From Phoronis australis (Eukaryota > Animalia > Phoronida): a DNA stretch of 50,106 nt. Made by a program: the position numbers and the translations under genes. The notes below the pieces were generated by a model. The model worked only from the letters and a program-made list of their open reading frames with translations. It was not told the DNA's origin and did no database searches. Positions 13,151 to 24,725 of the stretch are shown piece by piece. The DNA lies in NCBI GenBank assembly GCA_002633005.1, contig NMRA01000493.1, positions 1 to 50,106 on the forward strand, in the 5' to 3' direction. The first letter of the stretch is position 1; every line of letters starts with the position of its first letter.

Positions 13151-13490
13151 ATGGAGAGCACGAAAACCGAAATTACTTCTTGTGATACCCAGCTTGGGCT
13201 GTCTGAGGAAATACTAAACCAAGCGCACTTGGTTCAAAACGGTCAGAACCAGTTGATAGTGTTTTTGAGCGGAGACAATCCTAGTCCAGATTTAGATCAA
13301 ATCCGACAGGCAATTTTTGATTCTAATCGTGCCAATTGCGGACAAGACACTCGTATTGATGGAACAGAGCAGCTTGTACCTGTAGTGCTGGATAGCCAGA
13401 CCGGTCTCGACTCCCGAATTCAGGGCGATATTCGCGGCTGTGGTGGCGCAGGTGTATCGACAAGTGAACATATAAACGGTGGTGTCTGTG
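13151..13490 (+). CDS. C2H2 zinc-finger protein, first coding exon
   Basis: ATG-initiated ORF (MESTKTE...HINGGVC). GTACGT donor at 13491 is phase 1, compatible with the exon at 15707. Confidence 0.65.
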
Positions 13491-13565
13491 GTACGTTTCG
13501 TCCATTTGTAGGCCTGCAGTCCAAAATCCTGCTTAGCAAAAACATTCTTTCCCAATTGCTTCACT

Positions 13566-13642
13566 AGAGCTCTTTTCATGCTGTTAAAACATATCTCTAG
13601 TAAGTTACTAGAGATATGTTTTAACAGCATGAAAGGAGCTCT
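13566..13642. repeat. Near-perfect palindrome (38-bp arms, 1-nt loop)
   Basis: AGAGCTCTTTTCATGCTGTTAAAACATATCTCTAGTAA-G-TTACTAGAGATATGTTTTAACAGCATGAAAGGAGCTCT, one mismatch. Confidence 0.9.
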
Positions 13643-13972
13643 GGTGGTCAATATTCAGCTCACAGAGCTTCTTTATAGATCTGTGTTAGACCATAATCTC
13701 TAGTAACTAGTTACTGGTGGTCAATATTCAGCTCACAGAGCTTCTTTATAGATCTGTGTTAGACCATAATCTCTAGTAACTAGTTACTAGTGGTCAATAT
13801 TCAGCTCACAGAGCTTCTTTATAGATCTGTGTTAGACCATATCTCTAGTAACTAGTTACTAGTGGTCAATATTCAGCTCACAGAGCTTCTTTATAGATCT
13901 GTGTTAGACCATATCTCTAGTAACTAGTTACTAGTGGTCAATATTCAGCTCACAGAGCTTCTTTATAGATCT
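13643..13972 (+). repeat. 72-73-bp tandem repeat, ~4.5 copies
   Basis: Unit GTGGTCAATATTCAGCTCACAGAGCTTCTTTATAGATCTGTGTTAGACCATA(A)TCTCTAGTAACTAGTTACTA. Confidence 0.95.
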
Positions 13973-15706
13973 TTTAGAACATACCCCTTTAGTATGCCAT
14001 ATACGGTATAAACCACGGTTTAAGGTGTAACTTGAATGTTAATTCCATATCTTTGTGATTGCTTGGTCAAATTAGTTAGAAACACAACATATAGCGACGA
14101 TGTCAATATGAAGTAGGTTGAAAATTTCCGGCTGTTTTAAGAATGAGTTTTGTGTCGAATATGATCTGCTGTAAATCACAACCATGTCCAGTAAGTATCG
14201 TGATGTGGTGTTGGGAAATAACACTGCATACGGGTTACGTGAGCTCCCAAAGTATGTCATTAATGCAAAGATCACCTATTTGCAGAATTTTTTTGTTTTC
14301 ACATTTACTAGTTACCAATAAATCCAACTGCTCTTTGTTTAGTGGAGGTGATATTCAAATAGCATTGCCGTTTAGTTCCTGCTATACAATAGCATACTTA
14401 GGAGCATGCAGATACATCTTTAAAGAAGGGAGTACTGTACATATTTTCATAAATGTGCTGGAAGTCTGGCGAGGTTCGCAATTTCGCCACTTGACGTGCA
14501 TGTTGATTGCATTGATTGGCTGCTGCTTGACCTTCGATTGGGGTCATTCATGGTCTGACCCTGATTGAAGGTAATCACGCGTGATGTTTAGTGGTGAGAT
14601 TACGAACGTCGCCTGACCTCCGGCATATCTATGGCAGCTAAGAACACGTGTTATGACCTTTGCAGTACCCCTTCTTTACTTTAATATGTGGTGTATACTA
14701 GAGTATACTAGAGCTATGTTCTTACACACTGAAATAAGTTCCCATGATTCACTTAAGACAAAGCCCGTTTCACAGTTTCCCTGGTAAGTGCGGGTACTAG
14801 TAGCTGCCTATAGACAATCGCGTTCACATAATGGTGAGATTGAGAACTTATTGAAACTTCGCTACGATTACATTCGGAATGGACAGAGGACAGTTGCATT
14901 CCCTTTATTACATACATATGGTGTATGAGAGGTATGGCCTAAAAAGACGTAGATAAGCTCCCATAAGTAAGTGAAAGTTCCCGGAAGTACTCCTTTTATG
15001 GAAAACAGCACTTGTAATTGGATCTTGTTAAGTTACCTTTTAAATGCTTGTCTTGGCTGTTATACTGAGGTGAGGACTGATTTCTTGATAAAGTCACTCA
15101 CCATGACAAGTCAACATGCGGTGCCTGAACAGGTCTTGTATAAATATGAAGCTTTGTAATGGTCAGCGAATCTTATCAGTATGTTAGCATGTTGAAAGTA
15201 TGCAAATGATGTTGATTTACACTAAGTATTTGAAAATACAGTTTGACCTGCAATTGTGTTTAAATAACATGCAGCGTGACCCTAAGTAACAATGATATGC
15301 AGGAAACAACTGTACAGTGAAATTGGAAACCTTCTCAGATGTCGTGTATTTAGGTTGTTGAGCATCAGGTACAAGAAAATTAAGTCAATATGTGACAAAT
15401 TTTGTCATGTTTCTTAAAACTGAATTTTGAATCGTATTTAAGTTGTGGCATAATTAAGCAGCTGCGTTGTTCTTTTGTCACAGAAACAAACTTTTGATTT
15501 AGACCAGTTACTCTGATAAAATTTGAACATTCATTTCTTTGTAAGACCAAAAATCATTTTACATCTGAGTAAGGAGCAAACTGAGACAAGTTTTGTTATG
15601 ATAGATGGTTTAAATCAAACGTTGAAATGGTGCAATGCATGTTGCTCAAACCAGGTATGAATGAAAATACGAGGTATAGTTGAATAACTTGTAAATTTAT
15701 TTTCAG

Positions 15707-15790
15707 ATGGAGATATGGATCAGTTTACTTGTGGCAAGTGTAGGGAGAGCTTCACTAATCTAATTCTCTTTCTGGAGCACTGTGTCCAGC
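15707..15790 (+). CDS. C2H2 zinc-finger protein exon 2 (copy 1)
   Basis: TTTTCAG/GTAAGT borders; DGDMDQFTCGKCRESFTNLILFLEHCVQ. The final His of C-x2-C-x12-H-x3-H is formed across the next junction (C+AT). Confidence 0.75.
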
Positions 15791-17512
15791 GTAAGTATTT
15801 TTTTGTTAAAGGTGTACTGATGGAAAGGTGAACAACAAGGTGGGAAAAAATTATAAATCGGGAAAATTATTTTATAGTAAGTTCCTGATTTATATGCTTT
15901 TCACCTCTATCGCTGTTTAGGTGATATGACTATTGCCTTGAGAAATTGCATTTCAACTAATGTCAAATGTGTGTCCTAGTGTGAGGAGGCAGTGTAACCT
16001 AATGGAATAGGTATCCGCTTCCTTTACTCAAGGGCGTGGATTCAAGTCNTGAGCTCCCAAAGTATGTCATTAATGCAAAGATCACCTATTTGCAGAATTT
16101 TTTTGTTTTCACATTTACTAGTTACCAATAAATCCAACTTCTCTTTGTTTAGTGGAGGTGATATTCAAATAGCATTGCCGTTTAGTTCCTGCTATACAAT
16201 AGCATAGTTAGGAGCATGCAGATACATCTTTAAAGAAGGGAGTACTGTAATATTTTCATAAATGTGCTGGAAGTCTGGTGAGGTTCGCAATTTCGCCACT
16301 TGACGTGCATGTTGATTGCATTGATTGGCTGCTGCTTGACCTTCGATTGGGGTCATTCATGGTCTGACCCTGATTGAAGGTAATCACGCATGACGTTTAG
16401 TGGTGATATTACGAACGTCGCCTGACCTCCGGCATATCTATGGCAGCTAAGAACACGTGTTATGACGTTTGCAGTACCCCTTCTTTACTTTAATATGTGG
16501 TGTATACTAGAGTATACTAGAGCTATGTTCTTACACACTGAAATAAGTTCCCAAGATTCACTTAAGACAAAGCCCGTTTCACAGTTTCCCTGGTAAGTGC
16601 GGGTACTAGTAGCTGCCTATAGACAATTGCGTTCACATAATGGTGAGATTGAGAACTTATTGAAACTTCGCTACGATTACATTCGGAATGGACAGAGGAC
16701 AGTTGCATTCCCTTTATTACATACATATGTTGTATGAGAGGTATGGCCTAAAAAGACGTAGATAAGCTCCCATAAGTAAGTGAAAGTTCCCGGAAGTACT
16801 CCTTTTATGGAAAACAGCAGTAATTGGATCTTGTTAAGTTACCTTTTAAATGCTTGTCTTGGCTGTTATACTGAGGTGAGGACTAATTTCTTGATAAAGT
16901 CACTCACCATGACAAGTCAACATGCGGTGCCTGAACAGGTCTTGTATAAATATGAAGCTTTGTAATGGTCAGCGAATCTTATCAGTATGCTAGCATGTTG
17001 AAAGTATGCAAATGATGTTGATTTACACTAAGTATTTGAAAATACAGTTTGACCTGCAATTGTGTTTAAATAACATGCAGCGTGACCCTAAGTAACAATG
17101 ATATGCAGGAAACAACTGTACAGTGAAATTGGAAACCTTCTCAGATGTCGTGTATTTAGGTTGTTGAGCATCAGGTACAAGAAAATTAAGTCAATATGTG
17201 ACAAATTTTGTCATGTTTCTTAAAACTGAATTTTGAATCGTATTTAAGTTGTGGCATAATTAAGCAGCTGCGTTGTTCTTTTGTCACAGAAACAAACTTT
17301 TGATTTAGACCAGTTACTCTGATAAAATTTGAACATTCATTTCTTTGTAAGACCAAAAATCATTTTACATCTGAGTAAGGAGCAAACTGAGACAAGTTTT
17401 GTTATGATAGATGGTTTAAATCAAATGTTGAAATGGTGCAATGCATGTTGCTCAAACCAGGTATGAATGAAAATACGAGGTATAGTTGAATAACTTGTAA
17501 ATTTATTTTCAG

Positions 17513-17596
17513 ATGGAGATATGGATCAGTTTACTTGTGGCAAGTGTAGGGAGAGCTTCACTAATCTAATTCTCTTTCTGGAGCACTGTGTCCAGC
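17513..17596 (+). CDS. C2H2 zinc-finger protein exon 2 (duplicate copy, likely allelic/assembly)
   Basis: Identical 84-nt exon within the 1.8-kb duplication that follows the N at 16049. Confidence 0.6.
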
Positions 17597-17788
17597 GTAA
17601 GTATTTTTTTGTTAAAGGTGTACTGATGGAAAGGTGAACAACAAGGTGGGAAAAAATTATAAATCGGGAAAATTATTTTATAGTAAGTTCCTGATTTATA
17701 TGCTTTTCACCTCTATCGCTGTTTAGGTGATATGACTATTGCCTTGAGAAATTGCATTTCAACTAATGTCAAATGTGTGTCCTAGTGT

Positions 17789-17938
17789 GAGGAGGCAGTG
17801 TAACCTAATGGAATAGGTATCCGCTTCCTTTACTCAAGGGCGTGGATTCAAGTCCCTCTGGAATACACTGCTAGACCCGGGAATCAAGTCTATAACTCCG
17901 CATGTTGGTTTTATCTGTGTATTAATAAAACAAAAAAT
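17789..17938 (+). mobile_element. Possible tRNA-derived SINE
   Basis: A-box-like TAACCTAATGG, B-box-like GGATTCAAGTCCC, ending AATAAAACAAAAAA; no full cloverleaf. Confidence 0.4.
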
Positions 17939-18512
17939 GATTCCATGTGATCTGGACCCAGAGGAGCAGCCTGTGTGCGTCTGCCTGCAATTGTTTTTTT
18001 TAAATGTCAAATGTTGAACATTTTGATTTAGCTATAGAAATTTGTTTGTTTTTTGACCCATCGAATGTTAATGTCATCAACAGTGTCAGCTAAATAATAA
18101 TAATAATTGGGATTTGTGATTTGCATTCTGTTTTATGAACTTCAAAATTTGTAAAAGTAAGCCAGGAAAGACTTTCACGGTATTGCTGTCAAATTGTTCA
18201 TAAGCCTTTAGGGTCTTCTTTTTGGCAAACACTTATATAAAGAGTACCTCCTGATTTCCCTCTCCCTGAATATGATTTTTCACTTTAATTTGTATCATTT
18301 CAAAAGTGTTCACTGGCTATTAGTCCCTCCAACAGTGTAGATTTTATGTGCTTTGGAAAGTGTAGAGACCCTGGTTTTTTATTTTCAAAAACTGAGAAAT
18401 CTGTTTTACAGCAAAGTTAATATTGCATCTTGTTTCATTTTTGTAGAACAACAAATTTAGTTTTACCCTTACAAAGTGATGAATAAGGTAAAACTGATCT
18501 TAGAATTGTTTT

Positions 18513-19012
18513 CAGGGCTTGGAATTTTCCGCGGAAACGTGGATTTCCGCTTTTTTCAAATGTTCTGTCCGCGCATTTTATTATATTTCCGCGTAAAAAA
18601 AATCGGATTTGATATAAAATTTCCGCGGCAAATTCCTTTCTTACCGCGGCGTTGCAGACGACGTTCACCTCGAAAAGCGGAAGTTGCTCTTTATGTTTTG
18701 GAGGAACGTAAATTGTCAACATTGCCGGGGCACCTGGGATAGCGTGGTGAGATTTTCAATGGCGACTCATGTTATTGTAAACCGCGGCGACAAATACTAC
18801 GGCTCTGCAGCCAAAAATGTGTGGGTTGGGAGTGGACGGACAAGCTAAAAGGATGTAGACGCATGCTACTGATGGTGGTAACGGTTTTTTTTTTAGTCCT
18901 CCCGTTTTTTATCGGGGAAAGGTTCACATCGACCATTTCAAGGCTGGGTAGTGCGCATGATTTGGGCCGTAAAAGTTTCCGCGTTTTTTGTCATTGGTCA
19001 TTCCAAGCCCTG
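18513..19012. mobile_element. Non-autonomous TIR element in ZNF intron
   Basis: TIR CAGGGCTTGGAAT/ATTCCAAGCCCTG; TGTTTT on both flanks; CpG-rich interior. Confidence 0.7.
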
Positions 19013-19461
19013 TGTTTTACTTTTTCCGTTTAAGTATGTTGGAGCTCTGTTTTACTGATAACGTGCCACACGTTTATTAGTTTCCCAAAAGAACAGCACC
19101 ACCTTAAGACAGAATGAATAATCAACATGTCTGTTACAAAATGATTGTCAATCGATTTGTGGCCAAAATTGTCAATTTTGATGAATTGTGTTCTTAGTTT
19201 TTGGTGATTAAAAAACAAAAATATTCAAATTATGGTATGTGCTACTGAAATACGTCAGTCCATTCAAAATTTTTCAATTCTATAAAAGAAGTCAGATTCT
19301 GCGAATTCCGTTCATTTTCCGTTATTGGGGAAAACTAAGATATGTAAAAATGTTGATAATTGTCTATTCCTCAGAAAAGTTATAAAATTTTCTAGTATCT
19401 TTCTTTTTTGATTCGTTGAGTTTTGAGGGTTATCAACAAAAGTGTTATCATCTGTTTTCAG

Positions 19462-20813
19462 ATGTGTCTGACATGTCTTCCCACTCCTGTTATTTATGCT
19501 CGGCCAAGCTGAATCGACTAGCAGCTCTAAAGCAACATTACAGACACAAGCATGGGCTGGCCAGCTTTATGAAACCCAAGCAAAGATCTCATTTGTTGTC
19601 AAGACGCAAAGGGATGGCACGCAAACTCCCTCAGCAACCTGGGGGTCTTCCAAAGAGTGCTGGTGTACTCGATGGTGACTCGGTTAATGGTGCTAGTTCT
19701 AGCAAAGCTTTGAGAAGTACGAATGCAGCTGGCATGTCTAACCAAGACTTTACATTCATTCTGTGTACATGTGAGGAGACAAATGCCACAACACTCAAAT
19801 GTCTGCATTGTGGCTGTCTGGTGGCAGACAAAATGGACATGGTGACTCACATGAAGCTTTTACACTACGAGCACATGGGTACATCTGTTCTAGACAAGCG
19901 GGGTGAAGAAAACCGATCTCCTGATGAGCATACAATGCTTATGTCAAAGTTCATCGAGTTGACGTCGAATCGAGTGCGGAATAAAAAGTCGACACATTGG
20001 CGAGACAAAGAGGACCGGCCTGGAGTTTACACATGTTCTAAGTGCAACAAGGTATATGGACGGCTGCGCAACCTCCGGCGCCATCTGGCGACGCACCGAT
20101 CAGAGAGAAGTTTCCTTTGCTCCATTTGTGGCCGAGGGTTCACAACCAGCACCTACCTATCAATCCACCGCAAGCGGCACAAACAGAAGGTGTTCCAGTG
20201 CTCCCAGTGTGACTTCACATCAACTAGTAACCCAGCGATCCATGCCCACCGCCAGCTACACAGTCATGGCAGTGTGCTGTGTGACTTGTGCGGCTATGCT
20301 TACAACGACCGGGCGACACTGCAGAAACATAAGGAGGTGCACGATATGTCACGACCATTTGCCTGCACCTTCCCCAACTGTACGTGGCGGTTCAAGACGG
20401 AGATTATGTGTAGAGCGCACATTAAGGCACACACCACGGAGGGGAAGTTCAAGTGTAACTTCTGCGGTTACGTCTTTCGACAGAAGCACCATCTACGTCG
20501 ACACGAGGCAAAGATTCACGGTGTGGAGATGGTGAAACAAGGTGCTGCGGCTGTAGCAACGAAGCAAATTGCTGCCGAGATCCCCATCGCCATGGAGACG
20601 GACGTGGATCAACTTCAGCTTCATCTGCAACAGCCGCAACCTATTGTCGTCACGACAGATAACCAGGGTACACCCATCACGTACGAGGCGTCGGATATAT
20701 CAGGATTAGCGTACCAAACTCTTCTACAGAATGCAGATACTCAAGTGCAGGAAACATGTGCGATATTTGTTGACTCAGTGGATGGACAAATCGTTTTCCA
20801 GAACGATGCATAA
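19462..20813 (+). CDS. C2H2 zinc-finger transcription factor, large last exon (~8 fingers)
   Basis: 465-codon ORF with CYLC, CLHC, CSKC, CSIC, CSQC, CDLC, CTFPNC and CNFC fingers with paired His; TTTTCAG acceptor ending at 19461; Gln/acidic C-terminal tail. Confidence 0.95.
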
Positions 20814-20936
20814 CGGTTTTAGGCTCCTAACTGTGATTCTGATAAAACATTGCTGGAGTACTCTTAATGACTGATTATTGCGACAGCTCACGTGTCCATA
20901 TGTTAGAACACCCAGTATAGTCTAACACACAAAAAA

Positions 20937-21440
20937 CTAGTCGAAAGAATTATAGTGCATTCGATGCACAAACTGTCCATGAAATCCATAAGAAATCCGA
21001 ACACTGTTCGGAATGGACGCTTGGCCATTTCTGTCCGCGTTTTTCCATCAAGGAGAACTAGAAAGTCGAGTACATCCAGCGAGACATCGGTGACTCCACA
21101 AAGCACCACACCTGAAGAACAGGGAAGACCGCATGCTTTGTACCAAGAACAGACTCTGTTGTGTAGTGTACTGAGGTGTTGGTAGTTATTTGATTGAAAA
21201 CTTATTTGGGAGTAAAACATACCATCTTCTTCCTCATCAGTGTCAGCACAGTGTCAGGTGCTGGTATGTATATGGGTTGACTGGGCAAAGCTGTGTCTGA
21301 AGCTTTCCTCACTTCCTTCGTTTGTATATCGCATTTGAGAACCGTGTTGGAAAACGTACCCTTAGCGAAAAGTCCGTATGCATAAAAATACCGGTATTTT
21401 ATCCCATTGTACTGCAGTTTCACCGTGGGCAGGTCTAAAC
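20937..21440 (-). pseudogene. Carotenoid cleavage oxygenase (BCO/RPE65/NinaB family), last two exons, frameshifted
   Basis: Exon 21440-21223: GLDLPTVKLQYNGIKYRYFYA...PSQPIYIPAPDT/DEEEDG. Exon 21111-20937: GVVLCGV...DFLVLLDGKTRTEMAK/ASIPNSVRISYGFHGQF. An 11-nt insertion and a 1-nt deletion break the frame; the GT-AG intron is retained. Confidence 0.8.
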
Positions 21441-23169
21441 CTGGAAAGGCCAGAGAGAACTTATTACTGCAAATACTGCTCAAGTTCCGATTGGTGACTG
21501 GGTATACATATTTTAATAAAAACCATTGAAACATACTCTCTGATACTTAATTAGAACTTTGGTAAGCAGGAGGTCATCTACTGCCTGTACATATTTTTTC
21601 TTTTCTTTTTTATTTTCTTAAAAGCTAGTGTGATCAGGATGACGCTGATCTGTTTAACCATTTGTGGCTTGGTAATGGGGAATGGAATGTGTCGGACTTG
21701 TTTAGCCATTTGAGGCTTGGTAATGGGAAATGAAATGTGTCAGAATTCTGACACATGTTTACGGAATTTCGCGGGAATAACATTTTCTGCAGCATAATAT
21801 GAAATGAAAACTAACGGCATATTGCAACAATTTAAGTCAAAATTATTGCAAAAATAATGTATTTTGATTCCAAAACTGATTAATTTCTATGATACCATTA
21901 ATAAAAAAGAATTGAAAATAAGTACGCCAACAACCTTTTTTTCGATCAAGATTTGTTGTTTAAACTCACTAACAGTAGATCAAAAAGGAATCAAGTCATT
22001 AAATCATGGTAAACGAAAAATTGCTCATGGATTCGATTGTTGGTTTCTGAATTACTTGTTTATGCATCTACGAAAATGAGCTGATTGAGAGATGATTTTT
22101 TTACAGTTGGAAGCTAATCTTGTAAGAAATGGCAATGCTTCAAGGAACTTAGATGTAAGCAGACATTGAGAAAATTCGATCTATCGTCAAGTCCCAAAAT
22201 ATAAAAATACACTAAACGATTTGATTTGTTAATCTGAAAGAAGTCTCAGATATTGATGAATGTCGGATAGCTCTACAAAGTATCCTAAAATTTTCTCACA
22301 ATTCAAATAACACTAAATTGATTATTGACTTAGAAAATAGATTAGTGGGTTTAATTTCATACACCGTAGATCGAAGAAGTTTAAGTACTTAAGCGAATAA
22401 AATTAAACTTAATTATTGCTCGTCAATTGGGAAAGGTTCTCTTTGCACTTCCTTGATGTTGTTAGTTTCCAACAGTGTTGCGCAATGAATTTTCTTTAAA
22501 ACTTAATCGTTTGCTTTCCATTCCTGTGCATATTACACGTCATGATTGACGCAACCACGATAAAAATAAGGTGTAACTATGCAGTGAGCCTGCGCAGAAT
22601 CTCAGTGATCTGTACATTTTTGGGACACACACTGTATCATTTACCCCAGCCTCAAGAAAGTGGACTGCAGGCTGTGTTTCACCAACGGATTTGGAAACGG
22701 CCCACAAAGGCACTCATACCAGGGACCTCGGGACCTCACCTTTCCAAAAAATTCCTTCAAAGAATGATGATAAAATGAACTTTTCCCGAAACCTGATCAC
22801 AATAAAACGAATCTTGACCTTAGAGTTAGCGCAGATGGATAGGTACGAGATAAGCTGCCTGTCTCAAATGAATCATAGCTGTGCTGACCAGCGACAAGCG
22901 CAGCTCATCGAATCCATTGTTGGATCCCAGCTACCCGTCAATGAGCTGGCCCTAGACCCATTCTTACTCTCCGTGAAACTTTGTTGGTTCACGGTTACTC
23001 AAATTCTGATGTCTGCATCTCAGGCATCACCCCCCAACCCACCTATAGCGGACGCGGGGGGGNTGTGGTGACATCCAGAGAACGAGGGGAGGGGGGGGGG
23101 TGTGGCGATAGGAAGGAGGCGGGTTGGCGAAGTCGAATTGGTTTGTTGCTGGAAATGTTTCTTTTAAAA

Positions 23170-23590
23170 AAAATAAAACCGAGACCGGCAAGAGATCTTT
23201 CATCTTTGCTGCTGCTACAATAAGGTATTCTCTTAGCCCAGAAATTAAACGGTCCGATTCAATTGATACTTTCAAACTTAATATTAAAAAGTGGCTGTAA
23301 TTTACCTAACCTTTTTATACCCTACCTGTCTTAATCATGTCATTTTTTCATTGTCGTAAATACTCTCACTATTTAGAGTCATCTCTTTATGTATTTCATC
23401 TCTCTTAGTTAAATTTTCACCGTTCTTCAGTCGTCATTTATTTATTGTCTTAATTCTCAACCTGTTTTAATTGTATCATTGTTACGTATATTTAATTATT
23501 GTTTTATTACTTCATTGCATTAAATTACTGTTTTTTGTTGATGAGGGTCCTCTTGGAAAGCAGTGCTATCACTGAAGATGCCACCCTCAT
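23170..23590 (+). mobile_element. CR1/L2/Crack-group LINE 3' end
   Basis: TGKRSFIFAAATIRYSLSPEIKRSDSIDTFKLNIKKWL-stop, T-rich 3' UTR, terminal GAGGGT...ACCCTC stem. Confidence 0.65.
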
Positions 23591-23700
23591 GGTGCGATTT
23601 CGTGAGATATGGCCGTGTATTTTAAATGAGATCACGTGACTTTGGCTAGATTTTAGCTAGAACCTGGCGTTACGTCCTAGCGTTACCCGACGGCACACCA
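23590..23700. mobile_element. Internally deleted copy of the 4762-6024 MITE
   Basis: Shares GTGAGAT...GCCGTGTATTTTAAA with the left part and AATGAGATCACGTGAC...GCTAGATTTTAGCTAG...TCCTAGCGTTA with the right part. Confidence 0.6.
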
Positions 23701-23756
23701 GGATGAGGGTTTTCGTAGTTTGATTGGTGATTCAGGGGCCAGTACATTTCAAGATT

Positions 23757-24725
23757 ATGCGTCGAGCGTACGCTATCTTTGTCCTTGCATTTCTCATAAC
23801 GATGTCGCTCTACCTGCCGGGAGTATTAAAAGAATATTTCTTCTTTCACAAGAATTCAAACTTGAATGTGCTGAGAAACACATCCGGACGACAATTAGCA
23901 CTTAACTACAGAAAAATGCCAAACGAAATTCGTATCGGAAACAGAAGGTGTTTTTCTGCTATGACCAAAAATGGAACCTGGTTCAAAGACAATTGGATGG
24001 ACGCAGACGACTGTGGTTTGAGGAAATATTCTAAATCGAATGTCTTGACGTGTATGCGAAATCGTGCCAAGGTTCGGGGATTCAGTCACATAGCTTTTGT
24101 AGGCGATTCTCTCATGCGAGATACATTTCAGCAAATGACCTCTTACTTTAAGCGAGACATTGTGAGAGAAATGCAACAGTACGATTATGGATACATGTTC
24201 AGCGATATAGCTTTAAAGCTGAGCTTTCATTGGAATGTTTGCATGGACAAAAATCATTCATTCTTACTTGAGCAATGGCGAAAACAACCGATGGGTCTGA
24301 CGGGACGACCCGATTTAGTGATTGATGGAATAGCCTTGTGGATGTTCCACAACTGGGGTTGGGGAGAGGCAGCTCTGAAACGGTACGAGAGTTTCTTTGT
24401 CAGAAATTTCTCCAAAGAGGTTAAATTATTAGTCTCCAACAAGGAAACATTATACATCTGGAAACTACAATCGCCAACAAGGCGAAACATTCCTAACGAA
24501 AATCACTTGCTTTACCTGTTCAATAATATAGCAAATAACACTTTATATGGATTGAACGAGAACATTTTGGTTTGGTCAAGCGCCATTGGGATTGCCGAAC
24601 ACTTTGCAACGGATGACACATTTTTCGTCGACAAATTCCATTATCGGTACCCTTCGCCAGTCCAGGACTTTAATGTTCAATTAATATTCAACATTTACTG
24701 TAACGAATACACGGTTGAAAATTAA
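23757..24725 (+). CDS. CASD1-like SGNH/PC-esterase-type O-acetyltransferase catalytic domain with N-terminal anchor, single exon
   Basis: 322-aa ORF. Hydrophobic N-terminus; W...C...Y...CM...HIAFVGDSLMR (GDS motif), PDLVI, IWKLQ, DKFH (DxxH) and NIYCN parallel the CASD1 lumenal domain. Several N-x-S/T sequons; AATAAA at 24726. Confidence 0.85.
   Translation: MRRAYAIFVLAFLITMSLYLPGVLKEYFFFHKNSNLNVLRNTSGRQLALNYRKMPNEIRIGNRRCFSAMTKNGTWFKDNWMDADDCGLRKYSKSNVLTCMRNRAKVRGFSHIAFVGDSLMRDTFQQMTSYFKRDIVREMQQYDYGYMFSDIALKLSFHWNVCMDKNHSFLLEQWRKQPMGLTGRPDLVIDGIALWMFHNWGWGEAALKRYESFFVRNFSKEVKLLVSNKETLYIWKLQSPTRRNIPNENHLLYLFNNIANNTLYGLNENILVWSSAIGIAEHFATDDTFFVDKFHYRYPSPVQDFNVQLIFNIYCNEYTVEN

Larger units (their letters stand above)
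14240..17854 (+). repeat. 1.8-kb near-identical tandem duplication split by a single N
   Basis: 14240-16048 (1809 bp) vs 16050-17854 (1805 bp); scattered SNPs plus 3-nt and 1-nt indels; N at 16049. Confidence 0.95.

Noticed and set aside
13643-13972. CRISPR-like array
   Set aside because: Units are contiguous and identical with no unique spacers; eukaryotic context with no cas genes.
14143-14568. 141-aa intronic ORF
   Set aside because: No motif, and the duplicate copy is disrupted by an indel.
17789-17865. tRNA gene
   Set aside because: Only degenerate A/B boxes; no convincing cloverleaf or T-run terminator. More likely a SINE head.
20056-20535. 159-aa overlapping ORF
   Set aside because: Alternative frame of the GC-richer ZNF exon, with no recognisable motif.
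22640-22795. Further upstream exon of the carotenoid oxygenase (minus strand)
   Set aside because: Plausible splice borders, but an in-frame stop and only weak similarity; cannot be supported.
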